DNA from: an uncultured Alphaproteobacteria bacterium
GTDB lineage: Bacteria > Pseudomonadota > Alphaproteobacteria > Methylaequorales > Methylaequoraceae
NCBI GenBank assembly: GCA_902590895.1
Contig: CACIYM010000001.1
Location: 160,555 to 224,554 of the forward strand
Length of the DNA stretch: 64,000 nucleotides
Direction: 5' to 3'
The notes beneath the pieces are model-generated. The model was not told the origin of the DNA, made no database searches, and saw nothing but the letters and a program-made list of their open reading frames with translations. Shown here piece after piece: positions 53,482-62,226 of this stretch. Position 1 is the stretch's first letter; every line of letters starts with the position of its first letter. The translations under genes and the position numbers were made by a program.

Positions 53482-55269
53482 ATGAACTTAATAAACATTG
53501 ATGAGCCAAATAAAAAACCCTTAACCTCTAAATGTTTAGGCATTGATTTTGGAACAACAAATTCTGTCTGCTCTGTAAAAATTGGAGAAAAAGTAATTTT
53601 TATAGAGGATTCAAAAAGAATGAACTTAATACCATCCATAGTTTGTTTTGATAAAACTGTTAAGGTAGGAAATGATATAGATCTTGAAAAAAATTTACAG
53701 AACTCTATTTTTTCCATAAAAAGGTTTTTTACTAGCAACCCCGATGGTCAAATTGTTATTAATTCAAATAGTGATTGTTTATCGCCTGTAGAGATTGCTA
53801 AAGAAATTTTTTCCCATTTAAAAAAAATCTGTAATGACTTTTTAGATGAGGAGGTAAATGACTGTATTATAACCGTCCCAGCTTATTATGATGAAAGGGC
53901 TAGGTCAGGTATAATGAGATCAGCATTAATGTCTGGCTTTAATGTAAGGAGGCTAATAAATGAACCAACAGCCGCTGCCTTCGCTTATGGTTTAGATAAA
54001 AAAAAAAGAGGGAAATTTTTAGTTTATGACTTAGGAGGAGGTACTTTTGACGTATCACTATTAAATCTGAAGGATAATCTTTTTAAGGTAATCGGAACCA
54101 GTGGTGATGCAAAATTAGGAGGGGATGATTTAGACCAATTATTACTTGATTATATTTTGAATACATATTTTGACCATATTAAGAATGATCTTTCTAACAT
54201 TGAAAAATTATCTTTAAAAAAAGCCAGCAAATCTATTAAGGAAAAATTACAATCAGTAAATAATATTATTGCTGAGGTTACGATAAAGAACAAAAAAAAA
54301 AATATTGAAATCAATGTAAATGTAATTGAAAAAATCTTTAATGAAATAATAACAAAAACTATTAAAATAACTGATCAGCTTATAAAAGATTGTAATGTAC
54401 AAGTTGATGAAATAGATGGGTTTATTTTAGTTGGTGGTTCAACAAGACTTGCTCTAATTCCAAAAAAAATAAAAGAACATTTTAAAAAAGATATTTACTG
54501 TGAACTGGATCCTGACCGAGTAGTCTCATATGGTGCAGCACTTCATGGTTTTGATTTATTGAACGGTTCAAAAAATCTGTTGCTTGATGTCACTCCACTT
54601 TCACTAGGTATTGAAACAATGGGTGGTCTTATGGAAAAGATAATACCTAGAAATTCAAATATACCAGTAGTTAAGGAACAAACTTTTACTACAAACGAAA
54701 ATGGACAAACTTCAATTAAAATTAGCGTTATTCAAGGCGAAAGAGAAACATCTAACAAAAATACTTTGCTAGGAGAATTTATCTTATCTGATATTGAACC
54801 TAAACCAGCGGGTATACCAAGAATAAAAGTTAGATTTTCTTTGGACGTCGACGGGATTTTGTTTGTTTCAGCAATAGATGAATCTTCTGGTAACGAGAAG
54901 AACTTAGTTATTAAAACAAATAAAGATTTAAATATTACAGAAATGAAAAAACTTGTAGAGTCAAGTATTAAAAATGCTAAAGAAGACATGGATACTAGAT
55001 TACTAATTGAATCTAAAATAAAAGCGTCTCGATTAATTAATGAAATTGAAAATGTCAAAGACCAAATAGAAACTCTGTGTACAAAAAAAGATATAGAAAA
55101 TATAAATAAAACTTCTAATATGCTTAAAAAGGAAATGAAGACTAATGATAAAGAACGTATTGAGACTTTAACTGATAACTTGAATGAGAAAACAAAGAAT
55201 TTTGCACAAAAATTAATTGATAAAAATTTTAAAAACTTTGTTGGAAAAGACCTAGATGTATTGGAGTAG
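53482..55269 (+). CDS. hscA: Fe-S chaperone HscA (Hsp70 family)
   Basis: GIDFGTTNS, DLGGGTFD, ETMGGLMEKIIPRNS; lies between hscB and fdx. Confidence 0.93.
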   Translation: MNLINIDEPNKKPLTSKCLGIDFGTTNSVCSVKIGEKVIFIEDSKRMNLIPSIVCFDKTVKVGNDIDLEKNLQNSIFSIKRFFTSNPDGQIVINSNSDCLSPVEIAKEIFSHLKKICNDFLDEEVNDCIITVPAYYDERARSGIMRSALMSGFNVRRLINEPTAAAFAYGLDKKKRGKFLVYDLGGGTFDVSLLNLKDNLFKVIGTSGDAKLGGDDLDQLLLDYILNTYFDHIKNDLSNIEKLSLKKASKSIKEKLQSVNNIIAEVTIKNKKKNIEINVNVIEKIFNEIITKTIKITDQLIKDCNVQVDEIDGFILVGGSTRLALIPKKIKEHFKKDIYCELDPDRVVSYGAALHGFDLLNGSKNLLLDVTPLSLGIETMGGLMEKIIPRNSNIPVVKEQTFTTNENGQTSIKISVIQGERETSNKNTLLGEFILSDIEPKPAGIPRIKVRFSLDVDGILFVSAIDESSGNEKNLVIKTNKDLNITEMKKLVESSIKNAKEDMDTRLLIESKIKASRLINEIENVKDQIETLCTKKDIENINKTSNMLKKEMKTNDKERIETLTDNLNEKTKNFAQKLIDKNFKNFVGKDLDVLE

Positions 55270-55274
55270 ATTTT

Positions 55275-55607
55275 ATGACTAAAATAGTTTTTATTGAAGC
55301 AGATGGAAAAGAAAAAGAGATTGATGCACAAAATGGGTTATCTCTTTTAGAAGTCGCGCATAATAACGGAATTTCATTAGAAGGAGCATGTGAAGGATCT
55401 CTTGCGTGTTCAACATGCCATATAATTTTGGAAAAAAATATTTTCGAAAAACTTCCTGAACCATCAGAAGAAGAGGAGGACATGCTTGATCTAGCTTGGG
55501 GACTTACCCATACATCAAGATTAGGATGTCAGATTATAATTGATGATTCTCTCGAGGGTATGCGAGTAAAGGTTCCTTCTGGAACTAGAAATATGAGTAT
55601 AGACTAA
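55275..55607 (+). CDS. fdx: 2Fe-2S ferredoxin (adrenodoxin type)
   Basis: EGACEGSLACSTCH, SRLGCQ. Confidence 0.96.
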   Translation: MTKIVFIEADGKEKEIDAQNGLSLLEVAHNNGISLEGACEGSLACSTCHIILEKNIFEKLPEPSEEEEDMLDLAWGLTHTSRLGCQIIIDDSLEGMRVKVPSGTRNMSID

Positions 55608-55807
55608 TGAAGTTAAAGTGGTCTGATGTTACAGATATCGCCATTCTTCTAGAGGAAAAATACCCTAATGAAGATAACGTGAACCTCAGGTTTACTGATT
55701 TACATAAATGGGTTGTGAATTTGAATGAATTTGTTGATAACCCTGATGCCTCTAACGAGAAAATTCTTGAGGCAATCCAAATGGCATGGATAGATGAGAG
55801 AGATTAA
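55607..55807 (+). CDS. iscX: Fe-S assembly protein IscX
   Basis: LKWSD..DIA, RFTDLH.W, NEKILEAIQMAW. Confidence 0.95.
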   Translation: MKLKWSDVTDIAILLEEKYPNEDNVNLRFTDLHKWVVNLNEFVDNPDASNEKILEAIQMAWIDERD

Positions 55808-56958
55808 TGCGATTAGATTTTAAAGAGATAAAAAAACTAAATAACCTTCCTCAGTTTGGTTCTCGAGTAGTTGTTGCTATGTCAGGAGGGGTTGATTCAT
55901 CGGTAACCGCAGCATTGTTGCACCATGCAGGATATGAGGTGTTAGGTGTAACAATGAAACTCTATGAAGGTAAAAAAAGCGGAACAAAAACATGTTGTGC
56001 TGGTGTTGATATTGCTGACGCAAGAGCAACTTGCAAAAAGTTAGGAATAAAGCATTATATTTTAAATTTTGAGAATAATTTTAAAGAATCAGTAATTAAC
56101 GACTTTATTGAAAGTTACATAAATGGTCAAACTCCAATTCCATGTATAAAGTGTAATCAAACTGTTAAATTTACTGATTTGATTGATTTCTCTAAGAAGT
56201 TAAACTCAAAAATTTTAGTTACAGGTCATTATGTAAAAAGGGTTGAATCACAAGATGGTATTCATCTCTATCAAGCAAATGATGACCTAAAAGATCAAAG
56301 TTATTTTTTATTTGCAACCACTCAAAAACAACTTCAGTTCTTGAGATTTCCGCTTGGTCATTTTACTAAAAAAGAAATAAGAGAAATAGCAGAATTTTAT
56401 AACCTGGAGGTAGCATCAAAACCAGATAGTCAAGATATATGCTTTATTCCTGATGGAAATTATAGAGACTTTATAAAGAAAAATATTAACAACTCATCTA
56501 AAACTGGAAATATTGAAACTGAGGATGGTAAAGTTTTGGGAACCCATAACGGAATTTATGATTTTACAATTGGTCAAAGGAAAGGAATTGGAGTAGGGGG
56601 TATTAGTGGAACAATTAACCATAAACCTTATTATGTTTTAGATATCGATACAAATAACAATAAAGTAATTGTTGGCCCTAAGGAAAATTTAAAAAAATAT
56701 TACGTTTACCTCAGGGATTTAAATTTTTTTTCAAAGAATGTTCCATCTCAAAAATTTAATGCATTTGTAAAGGTTAGATCAAGAAAAAATTTAATATCAG
56801 CGAGAGTTAAAGTCTCAAGTGTTTCAAAAAAAACAGGCATAGTACAACTATTAGAACCAGAATTTGGAATAGCCCCGGGTCAAGCATGCGTATTTTACAA
56901 TAATATGAAAAAAGTAATAGGCGGAGGTTGGATAACTGCTGGAGAAAAAAAAATTTAA
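55807..56958 (+). CDS. mnmA: tRNA 2-thiouridylase
   Basis: AMSGGVDSS, PC..CN, TGHY, KDQSYFL, SQDICF, PGQAC. Confidence 0.96.
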   Translation: MRLDFKEIKKLNNLPQFGSRVVVAMSGGVDSSVTAALLHHAGYEVLGVTMKLYEGKKSGTKTCCAGVDIADARATCKKLGIKHYILNFENNFKESVINDFIESYINGQTPIPCIKCNQTVKFTDLIDFSKKLNSKILVTGHYVKRVESQDGIHLYQANDDLKDQSYFLFATTQKQLQFLRFPLGHFTKKEIREIAEFYNLEVASKPDSQDICFIPDGNYRDFIKKNINNSSKTGNIETEDGKVLGTHNGIYDFTIGQRKGIGVGGISGTINHKPYYVLDIDTNNNKVIVGPKENLKKYYVYLRDLNFFSKNVPSQKFNAFVKVRSRKNLISARVKVSSVSKKTGIVQLLEPEFGIAPGQACVFYNNMKKVIGGGWITAGEKKI

Positions 56959-57030
56959 GTAAGTTGTATAAAAAACAAATTTACAAAATGTTCTAATTAA
57001 TTTATTTACTAAATTATAAAAATATTAACT

Positions 57031-57058
57031 TTGACTGATTAATTTTTTTTACTATCAT
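57031..57058 (+). promoter_or_regulatory. Putative sigma70 promoter of the tRNA gene
   Basis: TTGACT-N16-TATCAT about 20 nt upstream of the tRNA. Confidence 0.55.
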
Positions 57059-57078
57059 TCAAAAAAAATTATATTTAA

Positions 57079-57155
57079 GGCGGAGTAGCTCAGGTGGTTA
57101 GAGCAGCGGAATCATAATCCGCGTGTCGGGGGTTCAAGTCCCTCCTCCGCTACCA
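57079..57155 (+). tRNA. tRNA with CAT anticodon, most likely elongator tRNA-Met
   Basis: GGCGGAG/CTCCGCT acceptor stem, D-arm AGCTCAGGTGGTTAGAGC, anticodon arm GCGGA-ATCATAA-TCCGC, T-loop GTTCAAG, encoded CCA. No initiator C1:A72 mismatch. Confidence 0.95.
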
Positions 57156-57355
57156 AAAACTGAGAGAGTAAGTGTCAAACTTCTCAAAACAACAGAACAG
57201 CCAAATAAAATCTTAAACATTTTTTTATATATAAATGTGTCAGACAAAGTGTTCATCAAGTCCTATCAATAGTTATGAGGATTATGAGTATTAAGATTAT
57301 CTTGTAATCAAAATGCGAACTTAAATGACGAATTAGACTAAGAAAAAGTTTAATT

Positions 57356-58285
57356 TTAATTAGTCATGAGTTTTTTTAAGTTTAAAACCCAACCGTTTGA
57401 ACCAGAAAGAATATCATAATCAACATTTTTTAAATTTTTAACTAGTCTTTTCATTCCTAAATAAGTTTTAGGTTTATCATATTTTGCTCCAAGCGCATCA
57501 AATGTGTCCATTATTGCCCATTGAACTTTTTCATTTTCTGATATTTGCATATAAAAATAATTGTAGCAGCAAATTGGGACTAACCCTGACAAATATACAC
57601 CATAAGGTAACTTTTTTATAAAAGTATCAATTGGTAACCATTTTGGAATAAACCATTTCAAAGTTTTTAATAACAAATAAGGAGGTAGTCTTTTGGTAAA
57701 TGGTCTATATAAATATTTCGTTGTGACTGATGCATAGGGGTAAAAATAAACTTTATACCAGTCAATTGATAATGCACCATTGTCTTTTAAAAAACTTAAT
57801 AAGATGTTAAATGCACTATTACCATCAGGAAGGTGTTGTAAAACTCCATAGCAGAAAATGAAATCAAAATATTTTTTTTTAAAAGGCATATTATAAATAG
57901 AAGTCTTAAAAAAATTAATATTTTTAGATTGATTGTTTTTGGCATTAACGAAAATAGCATCAGATAAATCTACTGAACTTAATTTGCAACCCGTTTTTTT
58001 GAATATTTCGGTAAACCTGCCAGCACCACTCCCAACTTCTAAAACTCTTTTACCTTTTAATTCTTTTTCTGTCCATTTAGTGTTTTTAAAAAGTCTTTAG
58101 AAAGTTGTTTGTTGATTAGTGTAAGAATCAAACTGAGTTTTTTGAAATGTTTGCCATTGTAAAGAAAAGTTATCTACGACTTTTTCCTCAGAATTTGCAA
58201 TTTCTGATGAAATGTAAACACCTTTTTTTAAGATATATCTTTTTTTAAACCTTGGGTTTAATTCATAAGGGCTATTAGAATTCAT
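57356..58285 (-). pseudogene. Class I SAM-dependent methyltransferase interrupted by one in-frame TAA
   Basis: ORFs 58097-58285 and 57356-57889 share a frame. After TAA (58097-58099) the frame continues RLFKNTKW...VLEVGSGAGRFTEI into MPFKKKYFD..YGVLQHL. Confidence 0.85.
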
Positions 58286-58637
58286 TCAAAAATTATACTT
58301 TGAATAAAAGATTAGTATAGTACTAAAGCTTTTAGTGATAAAAAGTTTAAAATAAATTCTACATCATTAATATAATCAGCGAAATGAGAGTTCCTATTAT
58401 TATAAATCTAAACATCATTATTGATACCTCTTAAAATAATTAAACTGAGATTCCTTTATACTTTTCATATTAAAGTTTAAATTATGTTAACCGTAGTATC
58501 AAATGATCCATATTTCAATATTTATGAATTATGAAGACATAATTGCATTTAAAAACTATTTTTAATAAAAAGAGTATTGTAATAAAATAAAAAGTTTAAA
58601 AATTTCAATTTGTTTTTTAAGTTATAAGCAAGGATTT

Positions 58638-58970
58638 ATGCAAAAAAAAAGTATATACACAACAAGCTTTCTTCTAACACTTTTTTATTGTTTTTTTTTA
58701 CAAGCATCTATTTTAAAAAATTTTTTTGAGTCTCCATTTACAGAATTCTGCTCTGATAATCAGAAAGATAACGAAAATAATAATAACATAGACAATTTAT
58801 GTAGTTATTATTGTTGTTTAGGAAAATCTGATGATTTATATTTTGAAAAAGATTTTTCTCTTGAATTTCTTAAAATCTCAACGCCTTCCATTTCTTTTTT
58901 TAAAGAGTTTAACTTTAACCTTTTTTTTGATCCAAAAAATAATTCTCCTCCAAAAATTCAATTAGTTTAA
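58638..58970 (+). CDS. Putative metal-sensing leader protein (DUF2946/CutF/CruR-like architecture)
   Basis: Signal-like N-terminus, Cys cluster LCSYYCC, C-terminal NNSPP four residues before the stop; directly upstream of a Met/His-rich OM protein. Confidence 0.65.
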   Translation: MQKKSIYTTSFLLTLFYCFFLQASILKNFFESPFTEFCSDNQKDNENNNNIDNLCSYYCCLGKSDDLYFEKDFSLEFLKISTPSISFFKEFNFNLFFDPKNNSPPKIQLV

Positions 58971-59001
58971 CAATTTTTTTAAATCTAATTAATTCTAGGA
59001 G
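58945..59001 (+). promoter_or_regulatory. Predicted hairpin sequestering the SD of the downstream gene
   Basis: CTCCT (58945-49) pairs with AGGAG (58997-59001); AATT/AATT, AATTAG/CTAATT and TTTAA/TTAAA form the inner stem. Confidence 0.55.
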
Positions 59002-59007
59002 TATGAA

Positions 59008-60048
59008 ATGTTTTTACTTATTTTCTTTTTTTTAACTTTTTCATTTGAAAAAAATCTAAACGCTGATGAAATTCAATTTGCAGATAGTCATGGACCAATT
59101 ACAGTCATGGGCGATCATCTTCACAAAAAAAATGAATTAATGTTTTCACTACGTTTTAGTAAGATGAATATGGATGGCATGTTAAGTGGTAATAATGTTA
59201 TATCTGCAAATTCAGTAATGTCCGCTCCAAATGGAGCTTCTGATGAATCAGGCACTTATATGAATGCGCCAATTTTAATGAAGATGAATATGTTTATGTT
59301 TGGAGCGATGTATGCTCCAACAGATAATTTAACCTTAATGGCAATGTCTAGTTTCAATCAAAAAGAAATGATTTCTCAGAGAATGAGAATGAGAGGTGGA
59401 TCAAGATTTAATGTAAATTCCTCTGGAGTAGGGGATACTAGAATCTCAGCTCTAATGAGATTTCTTGAAAATAAATTCGTTAAAACACATTTTGCTTTTG
59501 GACTTAGTCTTCCAACAGGAAGTATTGATGAAAGGGATACAACTCCCTCTTCATTAAATTCTCGATTGGGTTACAGGATGCAAAATGGTTCCGGAACTTT
59601 TGACTCATTTTTTGTTATTAACAATATTAGTGATTTTGGAAAAGTAAAGATAGGAGAACAATTTCAAATAAAAAGACCAATTTCTGGTAATAATTCAAAT
59701 GGTTATCGATATGGTACTTCGATAGATACATCTATATGGTTGTCATATAGATGGAAAAAAAATTTTAGTACATCGTTAAAAATAAATTTTGACTATTTAG
59801 GTAACATAGACGGAGAGGACGATCAGATGAATAAAAGAATGAGCCCAGTAATGGATTCAAAAAATATTGGTCATCAAAAACTAAACCTTAGTTTTGGTTT
59901 TAATTATGTTAATGCTTATGATTACTTCAAAAATAATAGGTTAGCTTTTGAATTGATACTTCCGCTTCATCAAAGAGTCAGGGGTATACAAATGGCTGAT
60001 GATTATAAAATTATGATTGGTTGGCAAAATAGTTTTGAAGGATTTTAG
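59008..60048 (+). CDS. His/Met-rich outer-membrane beta-barrel transporter-type protein, putative metal (Cu) uptake
   Basis: Signal peptide; DSHGPITVMGDHLH motif; many Met in the N-terminal half; G.GD, GLSLPTGSID, MQNGSGTFD; C-terminal Phe. Confidence 0.75.
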   Translation: MFLLIFFFLTFSFEKNLNADEIQFADSHGPITVMGDHLHKKNELMFSLRFSKMNMDGMLSGNNVISANSVMSAPNGASDESGTYMNAPILMKMNMFMFGAMYAPTDNLTLMAMSSFNQKEMISQRMRMRGGSRFNVNSSGVGDTRISALMRFLENKFVKTHFAFGLSLPTGSIDERDTTPSSLNSRLGYRMQNGSGTFDSFFVINNISDFGKVKIGEQFQIKRPISGNNSNGYRYGTSIDTSIWLSYRWKKNFSTSLKINFDYLGNIDGEDDQMNKRMSPVMDSKNIGHQKLNLSFGFNYVNAYDYFKNNRLAFELILPLHQRVRGIQMADDYKIMIGWQNSFEGF

Positions 60049-60119
60049 AAGTGAATTTTTTATGTTTCCTTTGATTTCTATGACTTGTTAAATATACAAT
60101 TATTTAGTAATATCGTATT

Positions 60120-60419
60120 ATGTTTGTATTAAAAAAAATGAAAAAAATTGTTTTTTTATCATTTTTGTGTATTTTTATCCCTTGTTCATCATTTGCTCTT
60201 AACTTCTTTGAGATTTTTATGATTAAGACTGGGGTCGCCTTTGTTTACCACCAATACAATGACAAATCTCTAAATTATGAAAGTGAGCTTTCAAAAAAAA
60301 ATAAGATTTTGTCAAATTTTAATAATAAAAGGACTTTAACAATAAAATCAGAAAAGTTTAGTAATCTTCCTCTTCAGCAACAGCTACTAGTGATAGAGGA
60401 GTTAAATCTCCAAAAATAA
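60120..60419 (+). CDS. Hypothetical exported protein
   Basis: Signal peptide MKKIVFLSFLCIFIPCSSFA; no recognised domain. Confidence 0.6.
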   Translation: MFVLKKMKKIVFLSFLCIFIPCSSFALNFFEIFMIKTGVAFVYHQYNDKSLNYESELSKKNKILSNFNNKRTLTIKSEKFSNLPLQQQLLVIEELNLQK

Positions 60420-60469
60420 TAATTTTTTTTAAAATTTATTTCTTCTATGTCGTTATCATTTTATATAGC

Positions 60470-60955
60470 ATGGTTAATGGTATGAAATTCTTAGTTTTAT
60501 TAATATTTCTTTTTTTTTCTGATAAAAGTGTGCAAGCAAATGCCTTTACAGAAATTTTTGGAAGCGAAGGTGCTGCAGGCATTAATAACCCAAAGATAAG
60601 AAGCTTAAGTTATGCTTTTCAATATTTAACATTGAGTGGCTCACTCGGATATGTTGGTAAACAACTTTTTGATTCAGGTTTTCTATCTCCATTAAATTTA
60701 AAGCCTGATTCTATCAATAACTTGTCTCCTCTAGGTTATAATGATTACTTTAAGATTAACAATCACAATGCTAATATTTTGGCTGTGAAAGCTAGTGTAG
60801 ACAAAATTAATTTAGCTAATAATTTAAATAACAAATTAACAAAAAAAAAATTTTCATTTAAATCTATAGAGTTCAGAAATAATAATAACTTTTATAAAAG
60901 TATATATAACTATGAAGAAAGGGATCAATTAATTGAAAGGTACATTAATGATTAG
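60470..60955 (+). CDS. Hypothetical exported protein
   Basis: Signal peptide MKFLVLLIFLFFSDKSVQA; no recognised domain. Confidence 0.6.
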   Translation: MVNGMKFLVLLIFLFFSDKSVQANAFTEIFGSEGAAGINNPKIRSLSYAFQYLTLSGSLGYVGKQLFDSGFLSPLNLKPDSINNLSPLGYNDYFKINNHNANILAVKASVDKINLANNLNNKLTKKKFSFKSIEFRNNNNFYKSIYNYEERDQLIERYIND

Positions 60956-61415
60956 AAAAATTTTTTTCATAATATGCTTAGCATTAGTATTTTCTAGTTG
61001 CACACTTTCAGATTTTAACAGAGATAATTTCGTTAAAACTTCTTCATCCGCAGCTGGGGGTTACATTGGTTATCATCTCTCGGATGGAGATTTATTTTCA
61101 ACTTCGATAGGTTCTACAGTAGGCCTAATTTTTGGTTCTTATTTAGCAGATTTTATCGGCCAAGACGATTATTTTTTTTATAAACAAGAGACACTAAAAA
61201 CCTTAGAAATAAATGATAATAATGAATCTTTAGTCACAGGTTATTGGAAAAACCCTAAAAGTGGTAATACTGGAGTTATTAAAATCAAGGGTTATTATGG
61301 AAAGCCAAATTGTAGATTAATTGAACATGTTTACATTAACCAAAACAACATTGCTCAAAACTCTTATGATACAGCTTGTAGAGCAGAAAGTGGGCAATGG
61401 GCAATGATAAAATAA
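60948..61415 (+). CDS. Glycine-zipper lipoprotein, 17-kDa surface antigen (RT0821/Lpp0805)-like
   Basis: Lipobox VFSSC, glycine zipper, WKNPKSGNTG, CR...TACR..SGQW. Confidence 0.85.
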   Translation: MIRKIFFIICLALVFSSCTLSDFNRDNFVKTSSSAAGGYIGYHLSDGDLFSTSIGSTVGLIFGSYLADFIGQDDYFFYKQETLKTLEINDNNESLVTGYWKNPKSGNTGVIKIKGYYGKPNCRLIEHVYINQNNIAQNSYDTACRAESGQWAMIK

Positions 61416-61458
61416 TTTAAGTTTATTTTTTTTTCAAAATTCATTATATCATATACCT

Positions 61459-62226
61459 ATGATAATAATATCTCCTGCAAAAAATTTGAACACTAATGTT
61501 GAATCTTTTATTAAGAGTGATTTCACAAACCCAGTATTCTTAAAAAAAACAAAAAAACTTTTAGGACTTTTAAAAAACTTAAATCAAATTGAAATCAAAG
61601 ATTTAATGAATATTAGTGATAATTTAGCTGAGCTAAATTATGGTAGGCTAAAAGTTCATTCGACTGAAAAAGCAATTTTAAAACCAGCAGCTTTTTTATT
61701 CTCCGGTGATACATTTAATGGTTTAGAAATAAGAACTTTTGACAATGAATCATTAAACTTAGCTCAGAGTAAACTTAGGATTCTATCAGGCTTATATGGA
61801 CTTTTAAAACCATTGGACCAAATAAGCCCTTATAGATTAGAAATGGGTACTAGTATAAAATTTATTTTGGGAGAAGAACTCTCAGATTTTTGGAAAAATG
61901 ACATAACGAAACTTATTAATGAAGAATTATATAAAAATAAAGATAAGTATTTATTTAATCTTGCATCAAATGAGTACTTTGAATCTATTGACAAAAAAAA
62001 AATTAAGTCCAGGGTTATCAACTTTGATTTTAAAAAAATAAAAAATAATAACTTAAGCGGTATAGGTATGATGATAAAAAAGTGCAGAGGTAGTATGGCA
62101 AAATTTCTAATTACCAAAAAAGTTAATAACCTTGACAGAATAAGGAAATTTTCAGAATTTGGGTTTATTTTTTACTCTTATGATGAATCGTTAAGTAAGT
62201 TTACTTTTGTAAAAAATGATAAGTAA
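61459..62226 (+). CDS. yaaA: YaaA-family peroxide stress protein
   Basis: IISPAK, ILSGLYGLLKP.D...YRLEMG, NLASNEY, KK.RG.M. Confidence 0.93.
   Translation: MIIISPAKNLNTNVESFIKSDFTNPVFLKKTKKLLGLLKNLNQIEIKDLMNISDNLAELNYGRLKVHSTEKAILKPAAFLFSGDTFNGLEIRTFDNESLNLAQSKLRILSGLYGLLKPLDQISPYRLEMGTSIKFILGEELSDFWKNDITKLINEELYKNKDKYLFNLASNEYFESIDKKKIKSRVINFDFKKIKNNNLSGIGMMIKKCRGSMAKFLITKKVNNLDRIRKFSEFGFIFYSYDESLSKFTFVKNDK

Noticed and set aside
54732..55483. Long antisense ORFs (199 aa and 84 aa) over hscA/fdx, and similar ones over clpA, fhs, thiG and actP
   Set aside because: They mirror the codon structure of well-supported genes on the other strand, are rich in S/F/L/I and show no motifs.
58097..58099. 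Possible stop-codon recoding in the methyltransferase
   Set aside because: TAA terminates many genes in the window and no recoding signal is visible; a nonsense mutation or sequencing error is simpler.
58465..58492. TTATGTTAA resembling the XerD arm of a dif site
   Set aside because: No matching XerC arm ending in ATAA at 6-bp spacing; likely chance in AT-rich DNA.
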